Source of the DNA: an uncultured Bacteroides sp.
GTDB lineage: Bacteria > Bacteroidota > Bacteroidia > Bacteroidales > Bacteroidaceae
Assembly: GCA_963675905.1 (NCBI GenBank)
Contig: OY780936.1
Span: forward strand, 1,247,946-1,311,945
DNA length: 64,000 nucleotides
Direction of reading: 5' to 3'
Below, piece after piece: positions 9,167 through 18,779 of this stretch. Numbering within the stretch: position 1 is the stretch's first letter; the number at the start of each line of letters is the position of its first letter. The notes under the pieces were generated by a model. It was given only the letters and a program-made list of their open reading frames with translations, searched no databases and had not been told where the DNA came from. The translations under genes were made by a program, and so were the position numbers.

Positions 9167-9943
9167 ATGAAAACGAAGCAAGAAATTGTTGCAAATTGGC
9201 TTCCTCGTTACACAAAACGTTCGTTGGAAGACTTTGGAGAATACATTCTATTGACAAATTTCAATAAATATGTAGAGATATTTGCAGAACAGTGTAACGT
9301 TCCAGTTCTTGGAAGAGATGCAAATATGACTTCTGCAACTGCAGATGGAATTACGATTATTAACTTTGGAATGGGAAGTCCAAACGCTGCCATTATTATG
9401 GATTTGCTCGGTGCTATACATCCTAAAGCATGCCTTTTCCTGGGTAAATGTGGTGGTATAGGTAAGAAAAATCAGTTAGGAGACCTAATACTTCCTATAG
9501 CTGCAATTAGAGGAGAAGGAACTTCTAATGATTATTTTCCTCCTGAAGTTCCTGCTTTACCGGCATTTATGCTGCAACGTGCTGTTTCTTCAGCAATCCG
9601 TGATTATGCGCGAGATTATTGGACAGGCACAGTCTATACAACCAATAGAAGAATTTGGGAGCATGACGAGGAATTCAAAGAATATCTTCTTAAGACTCGC
9701 GCAATGGCTGTAGATATGGAAACTGCAACTCTTTTCACTACAGGATTTGCCAATCATATCCCAACAGGTGCTCTACTGCTGGTTTCCGACCAACCAATGA
9801 CTCCCGAAGGAATTAAAACTGATAAAAGCGATAATATGGTAACCCAAAACTTCGTTCACGAACATGTAGAAATTGGGATCGCATCGCTTAAAATGATTAT
9901 AGATGAGAAGAAGACTGTTAAGCATCTAAAATTCGACAAATAA
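9167..9943 (+). CDS. amn: AMP nucleosidase (Bacteroidetes short form)
   Basis: Motifs NFGMGSPNAA, FLGKCGG, AIRGEGTS, TTNRRIWE, AVDMETAT. Confidence 0.93.
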   Translation: MKTKQEIVANWLPRYTKRSLEDFGEYILLTNFNKYVEIFAEQCNVPVLGRDANMTSATADGITIINFGMGSPNAAIIMDLLGAIHPKACLFLGKCGGIGKKNQLGDLILPIAAIRGEGTSNDYFPPEVPALPAFMLQRAVSSAIRDYARDYWTGTVYTTNRRIWEHDEEFKEYLLKTRAMAVDMETATLFTTGFANHIPTGALLLVSDQPMTPEGIKTDKSDNMVTQNFVHEHVEIGIASLKMIIDEKKTVKHLKFDK

Positions 9944-9961
9944 GTTAATTAAAGCATATAA

Positions 9962-10981
9962 ATGGCAAAAAAGGAATATACATACGAAGATATTATTAGC
10001 GATATTAAGGCAAAGCAATACAAACCCATATATTATTTAATGGGAGAAGAACCTTATTATATTGATCTGATATCCGACTACCTTACTCAAAATGTTCTTA
10101 CTGATACTGAAAAAGAGTTTAATTTAACCGTAGTGTATGGTGCTGATACTGATATAGCTACTATAATAAATGCAGCTAAACGATATCCAATGATGTCTGA
10201 ATATCAGATTGTTGTAGTTAAGGAGGCACAAAGTGTAAGAAACATTGAGGAACTTTCATACTACCTTAAAAAGCCATTAAACTCTACTATTCTTGTTATC
10301 TGTCACAAACATGGTGTGCTTGACAGACGAAAAAAGCTTGCAGCTGAAATAGAAAAAGCAGGTGTTCTCTTTGAATCTAAAAAGCTAAAGGATACTATGC
10401 TTCCCGGGTTTATAACTTCGTATCTAAAACGCAAAGGGGTAGACATTGAGCAAAAGTCATCCGAGATGATTGCTGATTTTGTAGGGTCTGATCTGAGCCG
10501 TCTTACTGGCGAACTTGAGAAGTTGATTATTACACTACCACTAGGACAAAAGCGCATTACACCTGAGCTAATTGAGAAAAATATAGGAATAAGCAAAGAC
10601 TATAATAACTTCGAATTAAAGAATGCATTGATAGAAAAGGATATTTTCAAAGCTAATCAAATAATAAAATATTTTGCAGAAAATCCAAAAACAAATCCAA
10701 TACAAGCTACTTTATCCCTTCTTTTCAATTTCTACTCTAATTTAATGTTAGCCTATTATGCTCCTGAAAAATCAGAACAAGGAATAGCTCAACAATTAGG
10801 ATTAAAAACTCCATGGCAAGCAAAGGATTATATAAAAGCTATGCACAAATATAATGGAGTTAAGGTAATGCAGATTATAGGAGAGATAAGAAATTATGAC
10901 GCAAAATCAAAAGGAGTGGGTAATACAAATATGAATGATGGAGAGCTACTTCGAGAATTAGTGTATAAAATTCTGCATTAA
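9962..10981 (+). CDS. holA: DNA polymerase III delta subunit
   Basis: Motifs PIYYLMGEEPYYID, EFNLTVVYG, AKRYPMMSEYQIVVVKEAQ. Confidence 0.93.
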   Translation: MAKKEYTYEDIISDIKAKQYKPIYYLMGEEPYYIDLISDYLTQNVLTDTEKEFNLTVVYGADTDIATIINAAKRYPMMSEYQIVVVKEAQSVRNIEELSYYLKKPLNSTILVICHKHGVLDRRKKLAAEIEKAGVLFESKKLKDTMLPGFITSYLKRKGVDIEQKSSEMIADFVGSDLSRLTGELEKLIITLPLGQKRITPELIEKNIGISKDYNNFELKNALIEKDIFKANQIIKYFAENPKTNPIQATLSLLFNFYSNLMLAYYAPEKSEQGIAQQLGLKTPWQAKDYIKAMHKYNGVKVMQIIGEIRNYDAKSKGVGNTNMNDGELLRELVYKILH

Positions 10982-11014
10982 TCTACAACTCATATTTTTT
11001 CTAATTCTATGTAT

Positions 11015-11042
11015 AGCCTTCAATATTTTGAAGGCTTTTTTT
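11015..11042 (+). terminator. Intrinsic terminator after holA
   Basis: AGCCTTCAA-TATT-TTGAAGGCT followed by a T run. Confidence 0.8.
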
Positions 11043-11892
11043 ATGCCTAAAAATTAATGTTGTGTAAAACTACAAAATAACTTTTATTTTAGGCAGCAAA
11101 CCAGAGTTCAACTCCCACAAATGATAATATTTCAACTAAAATTCTAGAATTAGCAAAATTGCGAATAGTAATTATAGAGTTAAATCATTGTTTTGCAATA
11201 ACTTATATCTAATTAAAGCTTCTGAGAATCTATTATTTTAATCTTAATGACCATAAGTTTGGAAATTCATCATACATTCTTCATTTAATAGGTACAATTG
11301 TCTTTTAACCTCGATTTCTATAAAGAGCAAATTTATACCGCTGCAATTTCAATTTACATAAGTGAAATATAATAAGGAAACATTCAATTTACACAAATGT
11401 AATCAGTTTACAAACATATAAAATTAGGACTACTTGTCACAAATATCATTGATTAGACATTTGTACCGCAATATTTCACGAATATAAATTATAGGTTATA
11501 AAATCATTATAAATTGTGTTTATAGGTCTAATTATAGGAGTTAAATATCAATATATCAGGTAAATAACTAAACTATGTGAACTAAAAATAGAATAGGTAG
11601 GAAAAATATTGATATACATTTGTATTACATATAAAAATCATTTTTAGAGCCTTAAATAAGTCATTAATAATAAGATTTTTATATACTAAACACTAAGTTT
11701 TACTTCTGTATATATTTAATCGAATTTATAGGCTATACAATTGTGCAATAACAAATGTAACCTAGTAAACCACTTTTGTAAACTGCTAAAATAAACAATT
11801 GTAATTTGCTTATGTGAATTATATTGTTTACATTTGTCGAATCAAAGTTTACAATTAGATATTCACATTTATAATTAATAAAGGCTCAAAAG

Positions 11893-12348
11893 ATGAAAGA
11901 TAGAATTGAAGCTATAATGAAAAGAGAGCATATGACTCCTTCTTCATTTGCTGAAAGTATAGAAATTCAGCGATCTACACTAACTCACATTTTACGAGGT
12001 AGAAATAATCCGAGTTTAGATGTAGTTATGAAAATTCATCAACGATTTAAATATGTAAATTTGGATTGGCTACTTTATGGAAATGGGAATATGATAAACC
12101 AAGAGAAAACATCTGATGATTTACAGCGCTCTTTATTGGACGAGAATGAAGAAACCAAGCCTATTCCTCAGGATGATTTAGAATATCGCAAGGAAATGCC
12201 ATTAAAAACAGCCGAAAGTACATATAAAGAACCTGTAAAAGAAGAGATTAGGTATATAGAAAAGCCTCCAAGAAAAATCACTGAAATAAGAATTTTCTTT
12301 GATGATAATACATTTGAGATCTTTAAAGGTGAAAAAATGCCCTTCTAA
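11893..12348 (+). CDS. XRE/Cro-CI family helix-turn-helix transcriptional regulator
   Basis: N-terminal HTH (SFAESIEIQRSTLTHILRGRNNPSLDVV...WLLYGNGNM), linker, and C-terminal RKITEIRIFFDDNTFE motif. TACATTTG -7 element at 11829-11836. Confidence 0.88.
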   Translation: MKDRIEAIMKREHMTPSSFAESIEIQRSTLTHILRGRNNPSLDVVMKIHQRFKYVNLDWLLYGNGNMINQEKTSDDLQRSLLDENEETKPIPQDDLEYRKEMPLKTAESTYKEPVKEEIRYIEKPPRKITEIRIFFDDNTFEIFKGEKMPF

Positions 12349-12426
12349 TAATTTAATGAAGATAGGTAAAGGATAATTTGGACAAAATGGCGTATCTTTG
12401 TCGCCTGAACGAGAATTATCCTATTC

Positions 12427-13206
12427 ATGAAAAAAAAGATTTTAGATTTAACGGTCACAGCTAACATAAAGTTACACGCTAACTATGTGTTGATCAAAAT
12501 GACCTCTCAGGAAATTTTGCCAGAAATGCTTCCTGGGCAATTTGCAGAAATTAGAGTAGATGGTTCACCTACTACTTTTCTTCGCCGCCCTATTTCAATT
12601 AACTATGTAGACAAAGTCAACAATGAGGTATGGTTTCTTGTACAGATAGTTGGTGATGGAACACGTACCTTAGCTAAAGTTTCTGCTGGAGATGTAGTAA
12701 ATGTTGTTTTACCTCTAGGCAATGGCTTTACTATCCCTGAAAAACCTTCGGATAAACTTCTTCTTATAGGAGGAGGTGTTGGAACAGCACCATTGCTCTA
12801 TTTAGGCGAAGTTTTATTGGCTAATAACTGCAAACCAACCTTCCTGCTAGGTGCACGTTCAGAAGGCGATTTGCTTCAGTTAGAGGACTTTAAAAAGTTT
12901 GGAGAAGTATATACCACTACAGAAGACGGAAGTACCGGTGAAAAAGGCTATGTAACTCAACACTCTATACTTAACGACAAGCAATTCGACATGATTTATA
13001 CTTGTGGCCCTAAACCAATGATGGTTTCTGTAGCTAAGTATGCCAAAGCTAATAATATAGAATGTGAAGTCTCTCTTGAGAATAAAATGGCTTGTGGTGT
13101 AGGCGCTTGCTTATGCTGCGTAGAGAATACAGTAGATGAAGGACATATCTGTGTATGCACAGAAGGACCTGTTTTAAATATAAAGAAGTTGCTATGGCAG
13201 ATTTAA
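12427..13206 (+). CDS. pyrK: Dihydroorotate dehydrogenase electron transfer subunit
   Basis: Motifs [21 protein letters not shown], and 2Fe-2S motif [11 protein letters not shown]...CTEGP. TATCTTTG at 12393-12400. Confidence 0.95.
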   Translation: MKKKILDLTVTANIKLHANYVLIKMTSQEILPEMLPGQFAEIRVDGSPTTFLRRPISINYVDKVNNEVWFLVQIVGDGTRTLAKVSAGDVVNVVLPLGNGFTIPEKPSDKLLLIGGGVGTAPLLYLGEVLLANNCKPTFLLGARSEGDLLQLEDFKKFGEVYTTTEDGSTGEKGYVTQHSILNDKQFDMIYTCGPKPMMVSVAKYAKANNIECEVSLENKMACGVGACLCCVENTVDEGHICVCTEGPVLNIKKLLWQI

Positions 13207-14105
13207 GTGTAAATATTGGTAAACTAAAAATGAAGAATCCGGTGATGACAGCATCGGGTACATTTGGATACGGAGAAGAGTTTGAAGATTTTATAGATAT
13301 TGCACGAATAGGTGGTATAATTGTAAAAGGTACTACTCTTCACAGACGTGAAGGGAACCCTTATCCTCGTATGGCAGAGACTCCTTCTGGCATGTTAAAC
13401 GCTGTGGGACTGCAAAATAAGGGTGTTAATTACTTCGTAGAACACATTTATCCCAAGATAAAAGACACAGATACAAACATTATAGTGAATGTTTCCGGAT
13501 CTGCAATAGAAGATTACGTAAAAACAGCAGAAATCATCAACGAACTTGTAAACATTCCTGCTATAGAACTTAATATTTCCTGCCCAAATGTGAAACAAGG
13601 TGGAATGGCTTTCGGAGTTTCTGCAGCTGGGGCTTGCGATGTAATTAGTGCTGTTCGCTCTGTTTACAAGAAAACACTCATCGTAAAATTGTCGCCAAAT
13701 GTTACAGATATTACTGAAATTGCACGTGCAGCAGAAGCTTCTGGTGCCGATAGCGTTTCTCTAATTAATACAATATTAGGTATGGCAATTGATGCTGAAA
13801 AGCGTTGTCCACTATTGTCAACTGTTACAGGTGGATTGAGCGGACCTGCAGTAAAACCTATTGCTCTTCGCATGGTATGGCAAGTAGCTAAAGCTGTGAA
13901 AATTCCAATAATAGGCCTAGGTGGTATTATGGACTGGAAAGATGCAGTAGAATTTATGCTTGCCGGTGCCACTGCTGTACAAATTGGAACTGCTAATTTT
14001 ATTGATCCTGCAGTAACTGTTAAAGTTATAGATGGTATAAATAATTACTTAGATAGACACGGGTACTCTTCTGTAAAGGATATCATCGGAGCTTTGGAAG
14101 TTTAA
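13194..14105 (+). CDS. pyrD: Dihydroorotate dehydrogenase (family 1B, NAD-dependent)
   Basis: Start moved to ATG 13194 (MADLSVNIG). Motifs [42 protein letters not shown]. Confidence 0.96.
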   Translation: MADLSVNIGKLKMKNPVMTASGTFGYGEEFEDFIDIARIGGIIVKGTTLHRREGNPYPRMAETPSGMLNAVGLQNKGVNYFVEHIYPKIKDTDTNIIVNVSGSAIEDYVKTAEIINELVNIPAIELNISCPNVKQGGMAFGVSAAGACDVISAVRSVYKKTLIVKLSPNVTDITEIARAAEASGADSVSLINTILGMAIDAEKRCPLLSTVTGGLSGPAVKPIALRMVWQVAKAVKIPIIGLGGIMDWKDAVEFMLAGATAVQIGTANFIDPAVTVKVIDGINNYLDRHGYSSVKDIIGALEV

Positions 14106-14186
14106 TCTGATTATTAAACAAATTTAAAGCGAACCTTAAGATTTTAATTCGGCTTACATTCTTCAAAAGATGTAGGCCTAAAACTA

Positions 14187-14227
14187 AAAAGGTGTACACT
14201 AAACTATATTGTAGTGTACGCCTTTTT
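14187..14227. terminator. Bidirectional terminator between pyrD and trmD
   Basis: AAAAGGTGTACACTA...TAGTGTACGCCTTTT with A/T tracts on both sides. Confidence 0.8.
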
Positions 14228-14324
14228 ATATTTAACCCTATTCGTATTTCTAAATCAAATATCAATAATCACCTTAGTCTACTATATATTGTTGTTTGAT
14301 CAATGAAATATTTTGACTTGCTAT

Positions 14325-14999
14325 CTACTTAAGCAAATCAGGTCTCAGTCGTTTAGTTCTTTCGAGTGATTGATTAAGTTCCCATTCTGCAATCTTTGCC
14401 TCATGACCAGAAAGTAAAATATCAGGAACTTTCCATCCTTTATAATCAGCCGGTCTTGTATAAACCGGAGCTGCTAAAAGATCATCCTGAAAAGAATCTG
14501 AAAGAGCAGATTGTTCATCAGAAATAACTCCCGGTATAATACGAATGATAGCATCTGCCATTACAGCCGCCGCTAATTCGCCACCAGTCAAAACATAATC
14601 TCCTATGCTAATTTCCTTTGTAATCAGGTGTTCCCGGATTCTATAATCAATTCCTTTGAAATGTCCGCAAAGAATTATCAGGTTATTATATAATGAAAGA
14701 GAATTTGCCATTTTTTGATTGAACTGCTCCCCGTCAGGAGTAGTAAAAATAACCTCATCATACTCTCTTTCAGCCTTTAAGGAATTTATACATCGTTCAA
14801 TTGGTTCTATTTTCATTACCATGCCGGCACAACCGCCAAATGGGTAATCATCTACTTTGCGATACTTGTCCGTTGTATAATCACGAAGATTATGAATATG
14901 AATCTCAGCAAGTCCTTTATTCTGAGCTCTTTTAAGAATAGAACAATTGAAGAAACCTTCAATCATTTCGGGTAAAACTGTAATTATATCAATGCGCAT
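14325..14999 (-). CDS. trmD: tRNA (guanine-N1)-methyltransferase
   Basis: Start moved to 14999 ([12 protein letters not shown]). Motifs [45 protein letters not shown]. Confidence 0.97.
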   Translation of the reverse strand: MRIDIITVLPEMIEGFFNCSILKRAQNKGLAEIHIHNLRDYTTDKYRKVDDYPFGGCAGMVMKIEPIERCINSLKAEREYDEVIFTTPDGEQFNQKMANSLSLYNNLIILCGHFKGIDYRIREHLITKEISIGDYVLTGGELAAAVMADAIIRIIPGVISDEQSALSDSFQDDLLAAPVYTRPADYKGWKVPDILLSGHEAKIAEWELNQSLERTKRLRPDLLK

Positions 15000-15015
15000 A
15001 GCTCTAATTTTTTTG

Positions 15016-15077
15016 CAAAAATACAAATAAATATGCTTGCTCATGGCAGATATTCATGAAGAAAATACGTATTTTTG
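15016..15077. promoter_or_regulatory. Back-to-back -7 elements for trmD (-) and ligA (+)
   Basis: TATTTTTG on the minus strand at 15016-15023 and on the plus strand at 15070-15077. Confidence 0.6.
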
Positions 15078-15096
15078 TCTAAAACAATCTGAAATT

Positions 15097-17091
15097 ATGA
15101 CCGCAAAGGAAAGAATAGAGCAATTACGTACTGAATTACACCGCCATAACCACAATTATTATGTATCGAACTCTCCGGAAGTATCCGATTTGGAATTTGA
15201 TAAAATGTTGAAGGAGCTTCAGGAACTGGAAGATCAGTACCCTGAATATTATGATGAAAATTCGCCAACAATGCGTGTGGGTAGTGATATCAATAAGAAC
15301 TTTACGCAGGTTGCACACAAATATCCGATGCTTTCTTTAGGAAATACCTATTCAGAATCTGAGGTTACCGACTTTTATGAACGTGTTAGGAAATCTTTAA
15401 ATGAGGATTTTGAAATATGTTGCGAGATAAAGTACGACGGAACTTCCATTTCACTAACTTACATAGACGGAAAACTTGTAAGAGCTGTAACCAGAGGTGA
15501 CGGTGAAAAGGGCGATGATGTAACAGATAACGTTAAAACTATCAAAACCATACCTTTAGTGCTTCATGGAAACGACTATCCTCAGGAATTTGAAATACGA
15601 GGAGAGATTCTGATGCCATGGTCTGTTTTCGAAGAACTTAATCAGGAAAAAGAAGCACGTGAAGAACCGCTCTTTGCCAACCCTAGAAATGCAGCATCGG
15701 GAACACTGAAACTACAAAATTCTTCAGTTGTTGCTTCCCGAAAATTGGATGCATATCTTTATTATTTATTAGGTGATAAGTTACCCTGCGATGGGCATTT
15801 TGAGAATCTTCAGGTTGCACAAAAATGGGGATTTAAGATTTCGGATGCAGTACGGAAATGTAAAACACTTCAGGAAGTGTTCGATTTCATAAATTTCTGG
15901 GATGTTGAACGAAAAAATCTGCCAGTTGCTTGCGATGGTATTGTATTGAAAGTAAACTCTTTACGACATCAAAACACGTTAGGCTACACAGCAAAATCTC
16001 CTCGATGGGCCATTGCTTATAAATTCCAGGCAGAACAGGCATTAACCCGCCTTAATCAGGTTACCTATCAAGTAGGTCGAACCGGAGCTGTTACCCCAGT
16101 TGCAAATTTGGACCCAGTTCAACTTTCAGGAACCATTGTAAAACGTGCATCACTCCATAATGCAGATATTATTGAAGGCCTCGATCTTCACATTGGCGAT
16201 ATGGTTTACGTGGAAAAAGGTGGAGAAATTATTCCTAAAATAACCGGGGTTGATATTAAATCTCGTTTTATGATTGGCGATAAAGTTGAATTTATCTCAA
16301 ACTGTCCGGAATGCGGTTCAAAATTAATACGTTACGAGGGCGAAGCTGCTCACTATTGTCCTAATGAAAATGCTTGTCCGCCACAAATAAAAGGAAAGAT
16401 AGAGCATTTTATCAGCCGGAAGGCCATGAATATTGACGGATTAGGACCAGAAACTGTTGATTTATTCTTCAATCAAGGACTAATCAGCAATCCGGCAGAC
16501 TTATACGATATTACCGCAGATCAGATAAAAGGCCTGGATAGAATGGGCGAAAAATCTGCAGAGAATATTATTGCTAGTCTGCAAGCCTCCAAAGAAGTTC
16601 CGTTCGAACGGGTTATTTTTGCTTTGGGAATCCGTTTTGTTGGAGCAACCGTTGCAAAAAAAATAGCTAAAGCATTCGCTTCAATAGAAGAACTGGAGCA
16701 ATCCACACTAGAAACACTTGTTCAGGTAGATGAAATTGGAGAAAAAATAGGCCAAAGCATAGTGAATTACTTTGCCGACGAAAAAAATGTCCTCCTGGTT
16801 AACAGACTAAAAGAGGTGGGACTACAATTTACACGTTCAGAGGAACATGAACAGATTAGTGACAAGTTAAACGGACTCTCTATTGTAATAAGCGGTGTAT
16901 TCGTTCATCATTCACGCGATGAATATAAAAACATGATTGAACAAAATGGAGGTAAGAATGTTGGTTCTATATCTTCTAAAACAAGTTTTATTCTTGCCGG
17001 AGATAATATGGGGCCTAGTAAACTGGAAAAAGCAACTAAACTAGGAGTACACATTATAAGCGAAGAGGAGTTTTTAAAGCTAATATTGTAA
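15097..17091 (+). CDS. ligA: NAD-dependent DNA ligase
   Basis: Start moved to ATG 15097 (MTAKERIE). Motifs KYDG adenylation site, [10 protein letters not shown]4 Zn finger CPEC...HYCPN...C, HhH repeats, C-terminal BRCT. Confidence 0.98.
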   Translation: MTAKERIEQLRTELHRHNHNYYVSNSPEVSDLEFDKMLKELQELEDQYPEYYDENSPTMRVGSDINKNFTQVAHKYPMLSLGNTYSESEVTDFYERVRKSLNEDFEICCEIKYDGTSISLTYIDGKLVRAVTRGDGEKGDDVTDNVKTIKTIPLVLHGNDYPQEFEIRGEILMPWSVFEELNQEKEAREEPLFANPRNAASGTLKLQNSSVVASRKLDAYLYYLLGDKLPCDGHFENLQVAQKWGFKISDAVRKCKTLQEVFDFINFWDVERKNLPVACDGIVLKVNSLRHQNTLGYTAKSPRWAIAYKFQAEQALTRLNQVTYQVGRTGAVTPVANLDPVQLSGTIVKRASLHNADIIEGLDLHIGDMVYVEKGGEIIPKITGVDIKSRFMIGDKVEFISNCPECGSKLIRYEGEAAHYCPNENACPPQIKGKIEHFISRKAMNIDGLGPETVDLFFNQGLISNPADLYDITADQIKGLDRMGEKSAENIIASLQASKEVPFERVIFALGIRFVGATVAKKIAKAFASIEELEQSTLETLVQVDEIGEKIGQSIVNYFADEKNVLLVNRLKEVGLQFTRSEEHEQISDKLNGLSIVISGVFVHHSRDEYKNMIEQNGGKNVGSISSKTSFILAGDNMGPSKLEKATKLGVHIISEEEFLKLIL

Positions 17092-17193
17092 CCATTTAAC
17101 ACGAAATAAATTATTTTCATCACCTACGTATAGTAAAAATAGAAAATATTAGTACTTTTGCAGCATAAATACCTTTAGATTACAATTACACTT

Positions 17194-18087
17194 ATGATAC
17201 AGTCAAAATTAAGAGGTATGGGCGTAGCATTCATTACCCCATTCAAAGAAGACGAAAGCGTTGATTACGAAGCAATCATTAGATTAGTTGACTATCAACT
17301 TCAGAACGGAACAGACTTTCTTGTTATTCTGGCAACTACTGCCGAGACACCAACCCTGTCTTCTGAAGAAAAGATAAAAATCCAGAAACTAATTGTAGAA
17401 CGAGTAAATGGCCAGATTCCAATTGTATTGGGATGTGGAGGTAATAATACCAGAGCAGTTATTGAAACTCTTAAAAATGAAGATTTTACAGGTATAGATG
17501 CTATTCTGTCTGTTGTACCTTACTATAACAAACCATCTCAGGAAGGTATTTATCAGCATTATAAAGCAATTGCAAATTCGACCGATCTTCCAATTATTTT
17601 ATATAATGTTCCGGGACGTACAGGGGTTAATATGACAGCAGAAACAACCCTTCGTTTAGCGCGCGATTTTAAAAACATTGTCGGCGTTAAGGAAGCATCC
17701 GGAAATATCACTCAAATGGATGATATTATCAAAAATAAGCCAGCCGATTTCAATGTGCTTTCTGGCGACGACGGAATCACATTTCCACTAATTACTCTCG
17801 GAGCTGTAGGTGTTATTTCAGTAATTGGTAATGCTTTTCCACGAGAATTTAGTAGAATGACTCGTTTGGCTTTGGCAGGAGATTATGCAAATGCTCTTTC
17901 TATTCACCATAAATTCACCGAACTATTCGATTTATTGTTTGTGGATGGTAATCCTGCAGGAGTTAAATCCATGCTAAATGCAATGGGTATGATTGAAAAC
18001 AAACTTCGTTTGCCTCTTGTTCCTACCCGAATTACTACATTTGAGAAAATTCGCGCTGTACTGAACGAGTTAAATATAAAATGCTAA
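17194..18087 (+). CDS. dapA: 4-hydroxy-tetrahydrodipicolinate synthase
   Basis: Motifs TTAE, PYYNKP, YNVPGRTG, GVKEASG, LSGDD. TACTTTTG at 17153-17160. Confidence 0.96.
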   Translation: MIQSKLRGMGVAFITPFKEDESVDYEAIIRLVDYQLQNGTDFLVILATTAETPTLSSEEKIKIQKLIVERVNGQIPIVLGCGGNNTRAVIETLKNEDFTGIDAILSVVPYYNKPSQEGIYQHYKAIANSTDLPIILYNVPGRTGVNMTAETTLRLARDFKNIVGVKEASGNITQMDDIIKNKPADFNVLSGDDGITFPLITLGAVGVISVIGNAFPREFSRMTRLALAGDYANALSIHHKFTELFDLLFVDGNPAGVKSMLNAMGMIENKLRLPLVPTRITTFEKIRAVLNELNIKC

Positions 18088-18120
18088 AAGATATGTCCAA
18101 ATAGTGACCGATCTACATAA

Positions 18121-18226
18121 AAGTGAGGGATAAAGTGATAGATAAGTGAGGGATGATTTCTACCTTCATTTATCTATCACTTTTATTATGAGGACATTAA
18201 AATTAAAAAGTGAGGGAGTGAGGGAT
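18121..18226. repeat. GTGAGGG-rich REP-like element with internal hairpin (copy 1)
   Basis: Four GTGAGGG copies. Inverted arms AAAGTGATAGATAAGTGAGGGA (18132-18153) and TACCTTCATTTATCTATCACTTT (18161-18183). Ends in AAAAAGTGAGGGAGTGAGG, like copy 2 at 49509. Confidence 0.7.
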
Positions 18227-18269
18227 AATTTTAAAAAAATGAAATTATTGTCGATTTCATCGAATAAAA

Positions 18270-18314
18270 AAAAGAATCTCCTGCAAATAATTAGTTTGCA
18301 GGAGATTCTTTTTT
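18270..18314. terminator. Bidirectional terminator ending the tRNA operon
   Basis: AAGAATCTCCTGCAAA-TAATTAG-TTTGCAGGAGATTCTT with flanking A/T runs. Confidence 0.85.
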
Positions 18315-18316
18315 AG

Positions 18317-18390
18317 TGACCCCGACAGGATTCAAACCTGTAACCTTCTGATCCGTAGTCAAATGCTCTATTCAGTTGAGCCACGGGGCC
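18317..18390 (-). tRNA. tRNA-Arg(ACG), copy 4 in transcription order
   Basis: GGCCCCGTGGCTCAACTGAATAGAGCATTTGACTACGGATCAGAAGGTTACAGGTTTGAATCCTGTCGGGGTCA folds as a cloverleaf; anticodon loop CTACGGA; no encoded CCA. Confidence 0.95.
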
Positions 18391-18421
18391 AATAACAAAC
18401 AAAACCAAGTTTAAAACTTCG

Positions 18422-18495
18422 TGACCCCGACAGGATTCAAACCTGTAACCTTCTGATCCGTAGTCAAATGCTCTATTCAGTTGAGCCACGGGGCC
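18422..18495 (-). tRNA. tRNA-Arg(ACG), copy 3
   Basis: Identical 74-nt sequence. Confidence 0.95.
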
Positions 18496-18527
18496 ATTGA
18501 TAAACAAAACCAAGTTAAAAAACTTTG

Positions 18528-18601
18528 TGACCCCGACAGGATTCAAACCTGTAACCTTCTGATCCGTAGTCAAATGCTCTATTCAGTTGAGCCACGGGGC
18601 C
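18528..18601 (-). tRNA. tRNA-Arg(ACG), copy 2
   Basis: Identical 74-nt sequence. Confidence 0.95.
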
Positions 18602-18632
18602 ATTGATAAACAAACCAAGTTAAAAAACTTTG

Positions 18633-18706
18633 TGACCCCGACAGGATTCAAACCTGTAACCTTCTGATCCGTAGTCAAATGCTCTATTCAGTTGAGCCAC
18701 GGGGCC
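18633..18706 (-). tRNA. tRNA-Arg(ACG), copy 1
   Basis: Identical 74-nt sequence; TACCTTTG -7 element on the minus strand at 18723-18730. Confidence 0.95.
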
Positions 18707-18779
18707 ATTTGTTTAACGGGTGCAAAGGTACCTTTTTTTCCCGAAAATACAAGGATTTTCTATACTTTTTTTACAAAAA

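Noticed and set aside
10982-11892. oriC candidate (long AT-rich gap)
   Set aside because: I found no convincing TTATCCACA-type DnaA boxes and no dnaA/dnaN nearby. Genome-wide GC skew would be needed to reconsider.
18317-18706. CRISPR-like look (identical 74-bp repeats with 31-32-bp spacers)
   Set aside because: The repeats fold as tRNA-Arg(ACG), the spacers are near-identical to each other, and there are no cas genes.
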